Source of the DNA: Atractiella rhizophila
Taxonomy: Eukaryota
Assembly (NCBI GenBank): GCA_021432655.1
Contig: MU271463.1
Location: 1 to 60,466, forward strand
Reading direction: 5' to 3'
Length of the DNA: 60,466 nt
The translations under genes and the position numbers were made by a program. Numbering within the stretch: position 1 is the stretch's first letter; every line of letters begins with the position of its first letter. Shown here in pieces: positions 1 to 12,928 of this stretch. Under the pieces are notes generated by a model. It had not been told where the DNA came from. It did not search any database and worked only from the letters and a program-made list of their open reading frames with translations.

Positions 1-1182
1 TACGTGTGTGGTTTGAGGAGTCGAAATTGCAATGTAACAGTTCCTGGCAGAAAAGAGACATGAAAAACCGAGAATTGGAGAGAAAAATCTGAACCTCAAT
101 CTGTCACTTGCTTCGACACTAGACGACATTTTTCTTCCGTTTGTATGCCTTAAAGAGGCAGGGATGAAGAAGGAGAAGAGTCTCTTCATCAGTCTGCTGG
201 TACAGAGTACCAGCTCGCCTTTTAAGAATCGTTATTTAACTTTGGATACCCTATGTGAGATCAACGCCAGGAGAAACAACTGCTCACATTCACACACGAA
301 CCGACGGTTTTGAATTGATCCTAGTATTGATGTCTCTCTTCTTCTGTTAGCCTGACAGGATCGCGTTAGAGAGTTCGCAAGCATGGAGTTCGGTGCGAAG
401 AGGCTTGATATCGTCGCCAACAGGAAGGCGGGCGACAAATCTAAATCTACAGAGGCCCAGATCAATTATATACGGATAAGGAGACCGGTAGGTGCTGTTG
501 AATTCAAATGGCGTTGACCTGATCACTAAACATTGTAGAATGACCAATGTCGTTGAAGTGAAAGAAATTGCCGAGGGTGACAATGCATGCGTACCACCTG
601 AGCGGTTCATTCCACATACTCGGCATTGCTTCTTGTCAGGATACTAGACGAGATGTCGCAAGAAATACCAAATCCATCAACCTCTTACTCACTGACCTTG
701 AAGCTGCTCGAAGCAGGTTTGTTGCACTCCTTACGGCCGAAGTACAGCGGTTCGCTTCAAGATCACCCTTGTCCATACATAGCATCCGCGAGGCACTTAG
801 TACAAAGGGATTCATAATGCGTAGGTGAGGTAAAAACAAGCACCGGGAATAGGGCAACAGGTTGGAGTCTCCATCTGTCTTTACGGTGTCATCTCCCAAA
901 CACATTTGAAGCGAAGGACACGAGGGACACGGATCGAACAAGGAAAAGCAACATTTAACCAGAGGCAGCTCGTGCAGAATATCTTCGAGTCAATCCGTCG
1001 CCTGTCGCTGTATACAGCAGCATCCGTGCGCAAGAGTTGCTGTTCAAAGGTTGGTACAGGGAATGATAAGGTCAGAATGAGATCAGCGTTGTTCGGACCA
1101 ACCGATCCACGAAAGCATTTTTGTCTATTTGTGCCTCGCCTTTTGGATCTGAGATTCGGTGTGCGGCGTCCGTCGATGTTTC
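1..1182 (-). CDS. Probable multi-exon coding region with two CxxC pairs (Zn-ribbon/OB-fold-like); continues off the window edge
   Basis: Minus-strand GT..AG introns of typical size separate peptide blocks QLLRTDAAVYSDRRRIDSKIFCTSCL, YPDKKQCRVCGMNRSG and STY/RFRFVARL. Not all junctions could be phased. Confidence 0.3.
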
Positions 1183-1285
1183 CTACCAACTACATATAAG
1201 AACCCGCCCGCGTGCCTGATTATTGCTCCTTTTAGTATTTCGTGAGCACAATACAGCTAAAATGTCTAGGAATGAAGGGGAAATG

Positions 1286-1711
1286 CTATTGATGGGTCAT
1301 GACCAGAAAGGGGCGACAGGGTGAGTCCTTCAACAACTCCGAAACGTAGCATGTTCCATGAAATAGGTTATTATGTCCTGTTGAAAACTGCATTCGCAAA
1401 CATACATTCATCCCCAGAAAATTTTGAAATTGTGATATGAAGGGGGTATAGCAGTCAAAGTCTTTCATGACTTTTGACTTTGCGACAGAATATGTCAGAG
1501 CATTTGCAGCGCCACGAGCAAGCCACCTCAAAATGTAGCACAATAAAAAACCACAGGTAGCAAGCTCTATTGACAAGTCGAGTGTCAAAGATGCATGTAG
1601 CCAGTCACAAAGTGGTGGTTGATTTGGAAAGTCTGCAGAAGTGGAAAACGTGACCACAGAAACGCGCTCCAGCTGAAATTGAGCAATCGCAACGCCTTCA
1701 TCCTTCGACAT
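1286..1711 (-). CDS. First exon(s) of a minus-strand gene; N-terminal domain resembles the REC114/Rec7 PH-like domain
   Basis: ATG-initiated 141-aa ORF. Motif order FQLERVS...CDWLH...LDLSIEL...VMKDFDC...LRMQFS...CYVSELL parallels the REC114 PH blocks as I recall them (WPLQRY...TWKVF...LVLTIV...LLEGFSL...FRVQFS...CVQKL). By-eye comparison only; 3' exons unresolved. Confidence 0.4.
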   Translation of the reverse strand: MSKDEGVAIAQFQLERVSVVTFSTSADFPNQPPLCDWLHASLTLDLSIELATCGFLLCYILRWLARGAANALTYSVAKSKVMKDFDCYTPFISQFQNFLGMNVCLRMQFSTGHNNLFHGTCYVSELLKDSPCRPFLVMTHQ

Positions 1712-1797
1712 CGGCCTCGCTCATCGTTCATGAGTGGATCCGCATCTCAATCAGATCCATTGAGGCATGTTTTCCTGCGAAGTCCTTGGAGTCCCTG

Positions 1798-3952
1798 ATG
1801 TTTCCTCCAGAGTCCCTCCAAACAATGCACTCAAGGGAAATTTTCGACGCGTCCTCCTCTGCTGGAAGTTTCATCCTTTGCGATTCTGCATCCGAAAACG
1901 AATCAGTTGTGATATCCATCGAGGATGAGGAAGAGCGCCGTGAAAATGCAGAGGAAGATGACGAAAGCCTTTGTTTCTCTGGCCCTGAGTCTGAAGGCGA
2001 CATTGTTACTACCGCACTTCCAGAGGAGTGTGAAAACACGCTCAAACCGACGGGGCCCAATGAGGAATTGGACGTTGAGATATTTTCCGATGGGGAACAA
2101 ATGGATGACTCCGAAGCTACTTCACAGTCCGCTCCCACTTTCAACTTGCCACCACAAAGCCCTAACGAAATTATCACAATTCTCGAGAAGATTGCCTTCC
2201 GAGTCTTCATGCACATCAAGAATGAAGCGACGATCGCGAATCCAATTAATACAATGGATGAGGAGGAAGCAGACGACGACGACGATGCGCCGACTTCTGC
2301 TCGACGAAAACGACCAAAAACGTGGAAAGTGGTTGGGTGGACACATGTGAAAAAGATGGAGCCTGTCATCCTTAATCTTGTTGAGAGAAGAAGGCGGCGG
2401 AAGGATAAAACATCTGCAAACTCGATCAAGACTTTTACCTTTCCCAAGAAGAGAGGGAAAGAGTGTGGATCGGCTGAACTTGGTTCAGTTTCTCTATGTT
2501 TTATGGATCCTTCAGTCATAACCTTGGAAGCCTAGCCGCCATGTTAGCGGTCATGGTGCAGATCAAACGAGCTTTGGAGAGCGGAAAAGTGGTTACGAAA
2601 CGGTACGCGAAATGATCGCCTGAGGATGAAGAAGTCATTGGGAGGGACCAGGGACATTTATTACCACGATCCTGCGCTCTTTGGCTCTCAAAAGACAGTG
2701 GATACCGTAAGAAGCTCTTACCACAACAGCCGCCTGCTTCCTCCGTTCTATGTTTTCTGTAGTGGATTGACGATCTGGCGGCAACTCTTGCTGTCACTCG
2801 TGCCGACTTGAACGTTGTGCGTGTCCTACTTTTGCCTTTTCATTTACCCGCAGCTTATAACCTTTGTAGGCTGCGTCTCCGAAAGGACTGCTTCACGGAC
2901 CCATAAATATTGATTTGAAGAATGGGGAAACGCTTGTTGGGAACGCGACGTATAACGTCAATCTCATTTCTTTCTTACTCTTGCTCCATCTCACATGGCA
3001 ACAGACATCAATACCTCACTCAAAGGAGATTCAAGGTGTTTTCGGAAATCTGGACTTTGTCATCGTCATCGAAAAAGAGGTAAGCTACATGTCAGCCTGA
3101 GCCGCCTTAATGCTATTCTTCTTCAGGCAGTCTTCAAAACCCTAGTCCACATTCAAACTGATCTGAGAATTCTCTTCATAACTGTTAGAACTCCCTTTAG
3201 CCAATAATCTAAACGATTAGTTAAAATGTGGTGAAAGGGTAAAGGTTATCCCGATCTTCAAACACGTTCTTTCATTTATCACCTTTCCCAAGTCCATGTT
3301 GAAACTCCAATCCTTTGCCTCGTCGACTGCGATCCGCACGGTATTGACATTCTTTCGGTATACAAGAACGGAAGTGATTCCTTGAGGCACGAAGCAGAAA
3401 GAACGAAGGTTGAACGCACACGATGGTTCGGTGTCAAATCTAACGAGTGCGCTGGCCCATCCTGCTCGTTTCACTCATTCAAAATGAGACAGGCTAACAC
3501 TGGACATGAAGACGCGAATGCTTCCGATTTCTGAAGCGGATGACAAGAAGGCACGAGCTCTTTTGAAGCGGGCGGACTTAGAAGAGGAATGGAGGTTCGT
3601 ACCACACAATATGTTCCACCATAACAGTCCATCTGAGGTCATTTACAGGCAGGAGCTGGAGAAAATGCTCCACACGAGACGAAAGGCCGAAATTCAAATT
3701 CTCTCCACGAAAGAAAATGCCAATGGCGTGGAGGATTATGTATTCAAGAAGCTGAGGGATCTTCATGACCAACGAATGGACGATGGCTCGTCTGAGTCAA
3801 GCAAGCTGGACGATCTATTGGAATTCGAAATTGGCATAGACGCCTCTCTCGAAGGGGAAAGACAGCGGTGCAACGATCCCTTGGAGGAAGATACGACAGA
3901 GGTATGGAAAGCGATAGAGACGCATAATGATGAAGAGATGTCTTTAGTTTGA
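1798..3952 (+). CDS. SPO11: Meiotic DSB transesterase Spo11 (Topo VIA-like), multi-exon, with acidic N-terminal extension
   Basis: Spliced motifs TKRDIYYHDPALFGSQ (catalytic Tyr), AASPKGL, VIVIEKEAVF, GKGYPDLQTRSF, LVDCDPHGIDILSVYKNGS (TOPRIM DxD) and KAEIQIL. All introns phase correctly. Start is ATG 1798 or 1825. Confidence 0.95.
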
Positions 3953-4253
3953 GATTCACACGCTTCTTTTCGCATTATACATTCGATCAACCAATAGAGT
4001 CTGCAGCGTTTCATACACGCAGAACCCTACTGTTGAAAGTCCATAAAACGTCCAATTGTATCGCAATGGGTTGCCGAACAGCAAATGAATGAGCAAAGGT
4101 ACGATCACTCGGGTCTAAATCGCAGTCAATGGTATGCGTTATGCTGTGTAAGGAGCAGCTGAACCTTCATCATCCTCGCGAGAACGACCTCAATCGAGCT
4201 CTGAGCGTTCTGCTCCAAAACGTCAGAGCCTTCCGCGAGTTAGGGAGAAATGA

Positions 4254-4867
4254 TCATACGAGCGACATATTCATCAAAAGCCATCCCCCAATTGTGCCAA
4301 ACAAAGCAATGCCTGCGTTTTCACCCCAGAACCCAGCATATCCGAAGAAACGCTTTGCGTCGTCCTCCAAAAATCGCGCGATCTCATCACTGGAGGAAAG
4401 TTGATAGACGTTTAAAAGAAGCCGAAGAACCAGTTGAAGGCTGCAAAGTCCCACGGGGGTGAACGACACAAAAGAAGCAAGAAGATACGCGACGGTGAAG
4501 GACAGGATGGAATTCGCATTGGTTGCTGCCGGATAGAGGAGGAAGGTAAGGGAGACGAAGCTGGAACACTTTTGCTTCGGTGACAAAGTGAAAGGTCGAA
4601 GGATGCAGGTCAGCAGCAGACCATGCATGGCACAGATAGAAGACTCGATGGTCGGATATGGAAATCTGTTTTCAACTTAGCAATGGTTTCGAGAGTTGAG
4701 ATAAGGAAACAAAGAGGGAGAGAAACCTGTATTCGCTGTTGGTTGTGACCAACAAACTTCCAATAGTGCACAGAGGAGAAAGGAGGAGGTAGGACGTCGT
4801 CCCATCTCTCGTCATCGCGATAATGGTCACGACGATCAAGCAAGCGCGGCGGTGCTCCTACTGGCAT
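4254..4867 (-). CDS. Hypothetical small, partly hydrophobic protein
   Basis: ORFs 4610-4867 and 4254-4628 can be joined in frame by a GT..AG intron (about 4758 to 4667). No family recognised. Confidence 0.3.
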
Positions 4868-5329
4868 CGAACCGGAGATGGAGTGCTAATAGGTGTTGGT
4901 GCCTTCGTTTTGACTGAGTCTGCGTCGGAGAAACAAACCAACTTCGGCTGAACCACCTAATCGTTTTGGAGCAGTCATAAAGTAGTACCGATCAAACAGT
5001 CCAGCAAACTGCAGTTGCTGCTGGATGGATTGAACTAGAACAATGTTGATGCAGGCTTTTGTTGTTTACGAACACGTAAACTTGACCTTGACCTTGATTT
5101 GAATTAAAACATGGTTTGACACAACGTCATCGATGTACTTGAAAATGTCAATTTGTGAGATATTATAATGCGGTACATTATGTGTACTGCACGCAAAGAA
5201 TAATTGGAAGCTTCGGTGCTGTTATGTAAAGGTCCCATCAGCCAGGTCCATGTCTTAACAGTCATATGTCACAAAAGGAAGGTTCTTGTGTAAACTGCAG
5301 CAGATTCAATTTTGTTCATACAGTCCTAC

Positions 5330-6695
5330 CTAGTGCTTTGCTGCTTCTCGCTCGCACCATCGCCAAACTTCATCCTCTAACTTCTCGTTTCCCTTGGCGT
5401 GAATATGTTGCGCTTTATTCCGTATGAGACTCACCCGGCGCTCACGATATAAACGACAAACCTCTTGATTGCATCCTGCCCCAAGGACGCCCGTACCAAG
5501 CGTTGTGGCTGAGATCCAAGTCCCAGCTCAAAGCTTGGTATAGTGAAGTCAATGCGCCCAAATCAGCGGGATAGAGGAAGAACCGTTTTGCAAAATCGCC
5601 GATGCTCATACTGCGATACAGATCAGTGCTGATGTTTCCTACATACCAGGGATCAGAAAATTCATTGGATGCAAAGCACAAACCAGGGTGTCCAGACAGA
5701 GAAAGGATGTTGGGATGCTTTCTTGCAAGACAGTTCGTGAAAAGAATGTTTCCCTAGTTCGATTGGATGAGAACGTAAGTTCTCAAAGGAAAAGAGAAGG
5801 TGGACCAGTTTTGATTGCCCATAATCTTTTAGCTTTGTCCAAGGTCCACCGTACCAAGGTCCATTGTCGGTCCCTCTCTCCTTGTTATCTTTCCATTCGA
5901 TACCTTCCTTTGGAGCCAACTGATGCCCCGCGCTCGATAGGTTTACAATCCGAACTCTTCCGGGGAATCCAGCATTAGGGGCCATCGTGATAGTAGATTC
6001 CATGAGTGGCAGTAGGGGAAGCGTGAAGACGTAGTGACCCAACACATTCACACCCCACATTTCCTCGTAACCATCAGCAGTTCCTATATTTCTGTGAGAT
6101 AAAGAACGCAAATCGAGGCGTGACAGCATACGTGAGCCATCAGGACAGCCCAACACACCAGCATTGTTGATGAGGACATCGAGTCTGCTTTCCAACCTGA
6201 GAAAAGATAAGTTTGCATATCTTCTGTAGAAAGCATTCGAGAGAATGTACGTAAGAAATTTGGCTGCAGCAAATCTGGCACTTTTCACGCTTCCGAGGTC
6301 AAGTTCGAGAAAATTGAGCTGTTCTTCAGTCGCATTCAAACGGGAGAGTGCCGCATCAAATTTGGAGCGAGAGCGACCGGCAATGTATATCTGCGGGACG
6401 AAAATGATGATTGTGAGGATCGACTTCAGAGGTTAGCAAAGCAGACTTGCTGTTGCGTGCTTCAGGAGGAGGACGCGGACAATTTCTTCTCCGATGCCAC
6501 CATAACCGCTGTAAAACCAAAATTTAGACCTCTAACTCTCACGAACCCCAAGTAAGATAAACACCCAGTGATGATGAATACCCTCCCTGTTTGGTCAGGG
6601 AGATCTTCTACTTTGAACGTAGGCTTGGGGATCCCAAAGCTATCGAACTGAGGGAATCCAAATCGCGTCGCGAATGTTGGGAGAGCGAACACCAT
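5330..6695 (-). CDS. Short-chain dehydrogenase/reductase (retinol dehydrogenase/WWOX-like)
   Basis: IITG|GYGGIG, LDVLINNAG, GVNVLGHY, RIVNLSS, YGQSK (YxxxK) and terminal EVWRWCEREAAKH*; multiple short introns. Confidence 0.92.
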
Positions 6696-7654
6696 CTTGT
6701 TGATTTTAGGAATGATAAATTGCCATAGGTTCCTAATAAGATGAAAGTGGAGTCCTCTTTCATATACTTTGTGGCTCCACTTCCTCTGCCTCCTGAGGGA
6801 ATCGCATTAGGTCATTCTACGGGCAATAAGTAGCAATTCTGAGTGGGTGAAGCATCGGTCAGCACCAATTCTTCAATCATCTAACTCGGAAGTCTTATCC
6901 CGTCATTTCAACAAGACGGAAGTCTCGCCTCGGAAAGTCCCCGTCGGTTCATCACGCATAGCGCTTCAAGCGGGAACAAGGATAGAATTAGACATGGCCG
7001 TGCCGCTTGCTAAACGTCTCATGCAATAGGAAATGGGATGGGTCCTATGGATGACGCTCTTTTTCTGTCTGCAAAGTGTCACATTGCGAGGCAACTTTCA
7101 TGAACAGAAGACCGAACCCGAAGCTTGAGCCGATGAGAGGTTGCTGATGACAGACCGGAATGTCCAAGGCAAACATTCAGCCCTGTGGAACAAGGCAGAT
7201 TTCAGCCTTGTAAACCTGGCAGCCGTCGAGCAAGCAGAATGACAGAAAGTCACGTGAGGAAATCCTCCACTCTTCAACTTGTTTCTGTTTGAACAACTGC
7301 TTCAGCTTCGTGAAGCTATTTGCGATCATGAGATTTGACGCGTTCTCCTGGGAAGTTTTGGATTCTGAAAGCTCGAACGCGATCGGGTCACGCACTTTCA
7401 CAACAGGCGACATGGCGCAATGGGCGGGAAGCGATAGTCTAACGGGATCCAACGACTCCTTTCCCACGACCTCCAATCCCGCTCTCAAACGACCGACAAC
7501 TCACCTAGACAGCGTCCTCAGGCTTTCAACGGCGACAGTTGCCTTCACGCTCTTTACCTATTTGCCCACAGCTCCTTTCAGTACTGTCTTTTACTAGCCG
7601 TCCAATATACCAACTATCTACCCCGTTTGTTGGCTTCATTGAGCATCTGTGTAG

Positions 7655-10600
7655 ATGGATTCGTGGGCGACGCAGTATCAGCAAACTATCAAGAAAGCGA
7701 AACTTCCCAGTTCCACCTCTAGCAATTCTTCGGCTGCCACCTCAGGAGGGATCGGTCTGGGATTAGGAATAGGGTTGGGATTGGGACTGGATGGGTGCGA
7801 TATTGTTGGAGGGACGTTTGGAGGCGCTGGAGGAGCATTTGGAGGTGGATTTCTGGCTGAGCCGTCAAATGTGCAGGTCTGTCTTCCGTCTCATTAGTCG
7901 AGGTAGGCATGTTTCCTCATAATTTCGTTAAATGGTACAGCGCCGATCAGGCTCCTCATCCCGAAAACACTTCGACCTTGCCTCGCTGCCACCGCTGCCT
8001 GTGTTTCCTCTTCCACCACCTTCTCCGTCCCTGTCCCTTCCCCCGTATTCTCCCTCCACAGAAACTTCGACATCAACAAATCCGTCACCTTCTGCGACAC
8101 CCCGTTCTGCGCGGCATGCCAACTATTCCCAACGCCCACATCCTCATTCAACGCTTAAGCGAGAAAACTCTTCTTCCTCCGATACTTCGACGAAGGAGAA
8201 CAAGCTGCGAAATCGAGATGCATGTACGCCACGGAAGAGTACTCATGGTAAACGGCCCATGAATCCACCGAGCCCTAGCCCGTTAATGAAGAGCTTGTCG
8301 AATGTACAAAAAGAGTCAGAGGATGTTCGGAAGGCTTTGGAGAGTATTGGAGACCAGCGGGAGAGGGAGAGAGATGCCCAAGCTTCTCCTGGACGGAAAA
8401 GTGGAAGGGAAGGCAGGAAGAGAGCACTCACAGTCTCGACGCGCCAGAAGGAGGTGACTGGTGGATTGGTGCGGAGGGAGATCCAAGGAACAGAAAAAGG
8501 CAAGGAGGGTGGACTTCTTAGTCCGCTCATGGTCAACAGCCCGCACTTCACCAACCCGCCAACCCACTCTACAAATCTCGCTACAACACCACCTCCTTCT
8601 CCTTTTCCCGTCCAGCCACCACCTCCGCCAAGGCCACCAAGGAGTAACCGTAGGTCTCTCGTACTCTCGTCAACGGATCTTGCAAACCTCCCAAATATCT
8701 CTCCGGTCCCCCACACTGCTCCCAGTACGACTGGCGTCTTCCCGCGTTCCTCCTCTCCAACTTCAGCTCCGCCGCCATCTGCTCCCGCTTCCACCACTTC
8801 GTTCTCTCGCTCCGCAGAAGAGAAGACAGTCGACATTTTTACGCGTCGAAACTCCCTCCTCACCCCGTCCTACGAGAGCTATAACCGTCGTAGGACATCC
8901 GTCGTCTTGCAAGGAGTCCCAACATCGACACCGAAAAGAGAGGAGTTTCGGCCCCCTACCCCTTCCAGCGCGACATTCGGATCGATCCCAAAGGTCTCTG
9001 CTCCTGCTTCGGCTGGAGGAGGGAGAGAGCGCGAGTCCATCTTCTTAAGGACGCTCAACCTGACTCCTGGCGGATGGACTGGGAGCAGGGACAGTAGCTG
9101 TGACCCCGATTTATTTGCGGCTGCGATGCGCAATGGGAGCGTGAGGGATGTTGCGGATCGAGTTGGGAATCTCTGGAAGGGACTATGGGAGGTTTCGCCC
9201 GCACCTCCCCCGTCACTGCTGCCTACTCCTTCTCCCATAGCCTCGGTATCTCCAAGTGGAAGCAGTACGGAAAGGGAGGAGAAGGACCATTGGAAGAAGC
9301 GTAGAATCTCGGGCTTGTCAGAACTTCGACTACCAGAGAGGAAACGACCAGATCCTTCCCCGATCCCAAGACATGTACCTGACGAAGAGTTGGAAGAAGC
9401 AGAAGAAGATTCAGACGATTTCGCGAGCGCAGATGAAGGAGAGGACGAGGTGTGGAAGGCTGCTTCGAAGCGGTTGAGCAAGAGATTGAGCCTGGTGAAG
9501 AGATCGTCGATTGTGGTGGGAGGAGGTGTCGGAGGGAGGAACAGAAATGGATCGAATAGTTCCACGTCTGGCGCGGAGACTTGGAAGAGTGCGAAGAGCG
9601 GGGAGGAAGGTGGACTCAGTACAGTCTTGGAAGGAGAAGGGGAGGACTTGTTCCCTTTCAGTATGGGGACGTCAGGCTACGAACCGCCTAAACGAACGTC
9701 AAGCTTGATACGGAACGCGAATAGGAGAATGTCTACGGCTAACTCTGTAGCATTCCCCTCTTTCGAACCTGAAAGCTCTTGGCCGCGTTTGGAGCCACTC
9801 AACATTCTATCGACGGACTTAATTTCGAATCCAATCCCTCTTGAAGAAGAGACAGAAGAGACGTCTCGGATCTCAGTACAGTATGGATATGCTGTCGATT
9901 CAGAAGCAGAACTTCCAAAGTCTCTTGAGGAGCTGGTTCGACACCAGAGTTGGCGACTGTCAAGTGCACGCACTTCACCGGGATACGGAACGAAGAACTT
10001 GCCACAAAACCGCTCCAGCTACCTCCCGTCTCCCCGTCCCATCTCCCAAGACTCGCTCAAGCGCAAGTCGAGACCAATTTCCTTTGATGACACCTTTTCC
10101 TGTCCTCCCCTACAGCGGAAATCGGATCCCATTACGTCTACGGCACGATTCAGCAGCGCAACCCTACAGATCCCTCCTCACACTCCGCGTACCACCCCTG
10201 GGAAGTGGTCGCTCGACTCGCAGAATTCTTCTTTTGATGGCCCTGCCACTCCAAGCACCCCTCCTTCATCATATCAGAACCACGACAATCGCTTGTCATG
10301 GACGTCGCACAAGTCAGGCTCACGCTTGAGGAGAATGTCATCGGAGACCCAGTCCTCGTACGCGAAGCGGATGTCGGACGATGTGCAGAGAAGGATGAGG
10401 AGGCTTAGTCAACAGGATATCCTGTCCTCCCCTGCTCTGAAACGCCTCTCATCCATCTTCAGAGTGAGTAGTGAAGAGGCTCCTGCCCCTATATCTCAAC
10501 AGCTAGATCGTCCGCAGAGGAAAAGGGCTCAGACGGAATCAGAAGCAATAGTGAAGAAGAACTCTATGCCCTCGATGCGTCAAAAGTCACTTCCTGGGTC

Positions 10601-12928
10601 TCCTAGAATCGTGACATCGAAATCAATACCGGCCGCCCTACCTGTTACATGGCGGTCCAATCTGCAGGACGAAAAGATGTTTGAGAAACTCAAAGAGGAA
10701 CGAGGTGGAACAGAAATGAAGAGACAAGAGGTGATCTGGGAACTTTGTGAGACAGAAACGACCTTTGTTGATGGGCTACGATCCGTCATTCGGCTGTTCT
10801 CTTTGCCACTTAGGACTCCACAAGGCCGTTGGATAGAAGGTGCGCTCTGCTTAATATATCGGAAGCGCAGGTTAGTGACTGGCCTAAAGGTATCCCAACG
10901 CCAATATCCCGTCTTTTTGACTGGCTAGACGACATAATTCATGTCCATAGCGAGATTCAAGACACATTCGAAGCCATGCGCACTGAGCAACGACCAATAG
11001 TTATTCATATTGCTTCGATTTTGCTCTCACACATACAGAAACTGGAGGTGCATCAGCCTTATCTCGTTCGATTCGAGATGGTCACCAAGCTGATCGAGGG
11101 CATGGTGGAAGACGAATCGAGCGACTTCGGGGAGTTTGTCAGGATACAGAGCAATTCCCCAGAATGTGGTTCCATGACGCTCACCAGTTTCCTCCTCAAG
11201 CCTGTTCAGAGGTTGATGAAGTATCCTCTGTTCTTCAAGGTGAGCTCTCCTCGAATTACCATCCGAGTATAATTTAATTTCACTCCCAGCAACTGTGCGA
11301 ACTGACCCCCCCTTCGCATCCGGATCATCGCGCCACTCTCACGTTGCTTCAGGTTACGGATTCTATAATTAAGATCATGCAAGAAGTTAAGGCGCGAGAA
11401 GAAGAGTATGAGGAGCTTAAGGTGCTTCAAACTCGCATTCGGGGGCTTCCAGCCGATTTTGTCCTTGCGAGAAGGGACAGGCGACTCCTCTGTCACGGTC
11501 TTCTTCGGCGTGTTCACATCTCGTACAAAGATCGCGCTGCTCTAGAAGGGGATACAGCGAGTGGGATTTATCCCTCGAAGCCGCAACTGAGTAGTCTGCA
11601 CAAACTCAACCCCAAGGCGGTAGCAACAACAACTTCTCTGACAACTTCTTTCGATGAGAGTCGTCCTGTTTCCTACGCGTCGGAATTCAGCGAGGTATCC
11701 GCAAAGCCCGCGCCACCAGGTCAAATGAAGCCCAGCTTTTGGTCGAAAATGATGGCTACAGGAATCACGGCTTCTAGCACAGAGTCCAGCCTGCGGCCCT
11801 TCTCGATGGCATCTTCCAACATCTCTTCGCAATTCCGACCAGATTCCGTGGCCTCTTCTACCTTCTCTAATGTTAGCGATGCCTCTCTCATCAGCGCAAG
11901 CTCTGCGTCGAGCTATGGAATGCCACATTTAAAGGCCCGAAATGGAGCGAGACTTATCAGAACAAAAGCGAAAGAGTCCCCGCTCCATACTTTCGTTTTC
12001 TCCGATATGATTCTATTCGCAACTCGTCATACGGATGGGATTCGACTCATTCGAAGTACTAAAGGTAACCTCAAGAAGAGGGAACAATCCACGTACAAGT
12101 TGGTGGACGGTTTTGGCTTGTGCAGAGTTCTCGGTTTCAACGACCTCTCTGGTAGGACAGGTCAGCAGTTCTTCTTTGATGGAATCATCATCGCTGATGT
12201 GAAATGCAGAACATGACCATCTCATACAAATCGATGTTCTGCCAATCCAAACTCCCGACGACCCAACTTCTCCTCTTGCTATTACTCATGCCTCACTCGC
12301 CACATCGGTGTTCCTCACCATCCCGCGTTCACTCTCAGCTCGAAATGCAGGCATCCGCAATCGGGAATGTCTGTTCCAGGAGCGTCAGAAGTGGGTCAAA
12401 GCTTTTGAGCGAAGCTACCTTCACGTTGTCCGATCGCTGTCATTTCTCAGTCCTACAAACAAGTTGCCTTCTTCCCAAACTGCTCGTACCATCAATCCTG
12501 ACGATCGAACCTCGATTGCCTCTATAGTCGCTGCTGGTCTTCCCATCCCCAAGTCTCCATCACAACAGAGCTTGGAAAGGGGTCACTTCTCCGGCCCAAA
12601 TCAAGATTCTGAGGACCAAGAGCTGGACAAGAAAAGGGAGAGGGAAGAAAGAGGATGGTGGGCTATGAGACTGAAGAAGGTGCGGGACGAAATGATGCGA
12701 GACGATGGGGCTTTGCTAGAAAGCCAGTTCTTCAGCTTTGTTGGCGGCGCGATTAGCGTTCCAGCCGTCTCTGTGGTACCCACCTCGAATAAAGTATCAG
12801 TTCCTTCGAAGCTGTCGACCATCATAGGATCAGAAGATGATAGCAATTCGACTGTGGATCAAGATTCGGACAGCCGGTTCAGGCTGTCGAAATCGTCATC
12901 AAAGAAGAGTTTGCGGACAAGGCAATAG
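7655..12928 (+). CDS. DH-PH Rho guanine nucleotide exchange factor with about 1000-aa disordered Ser/Pro-rich N-terminus
   Basis: KRQEVIWELCETETTFVDGL, LTSFLLKPVQRLMKYPLFFKQL, RRLLCHGLL and HTFVFSDMILFA. An in-phase intron 7878-7940 links ORF 7655 to ORF 7932. Exact start uncertain. Confidence 0.9.

Noticed and set aside
1367..1530. Plus-strand C2H2-like pieces (CPVENC...NMSEHLQRH) with an in-frame TGA
   Set aside because: It needs stop readthrough and has wrong C-H spacing; the opposite strand has a clean ATG ORF.
1654..1830. TopoVIB-like/Spo11 fusion
   Set aside because: Only a generic amphipathic helix pattern; no GHKL motifs and no phaseable upstream plus-strand exons.
1728..2519. Long antisense ORFs (263 aa here, also 8243-8863, 8879-9565, 19662-20036)
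   Set aside because: Shadows of low-complexity coding sequence on the other strand.
7700..7910. Minus-strand ORF with an internal TAG (RWQPKNC*RWNWE), suggesting A-to-I stop correction
   Set aside because: It is the antisense shadow of RhoGEF exon 1, and further stops follow.
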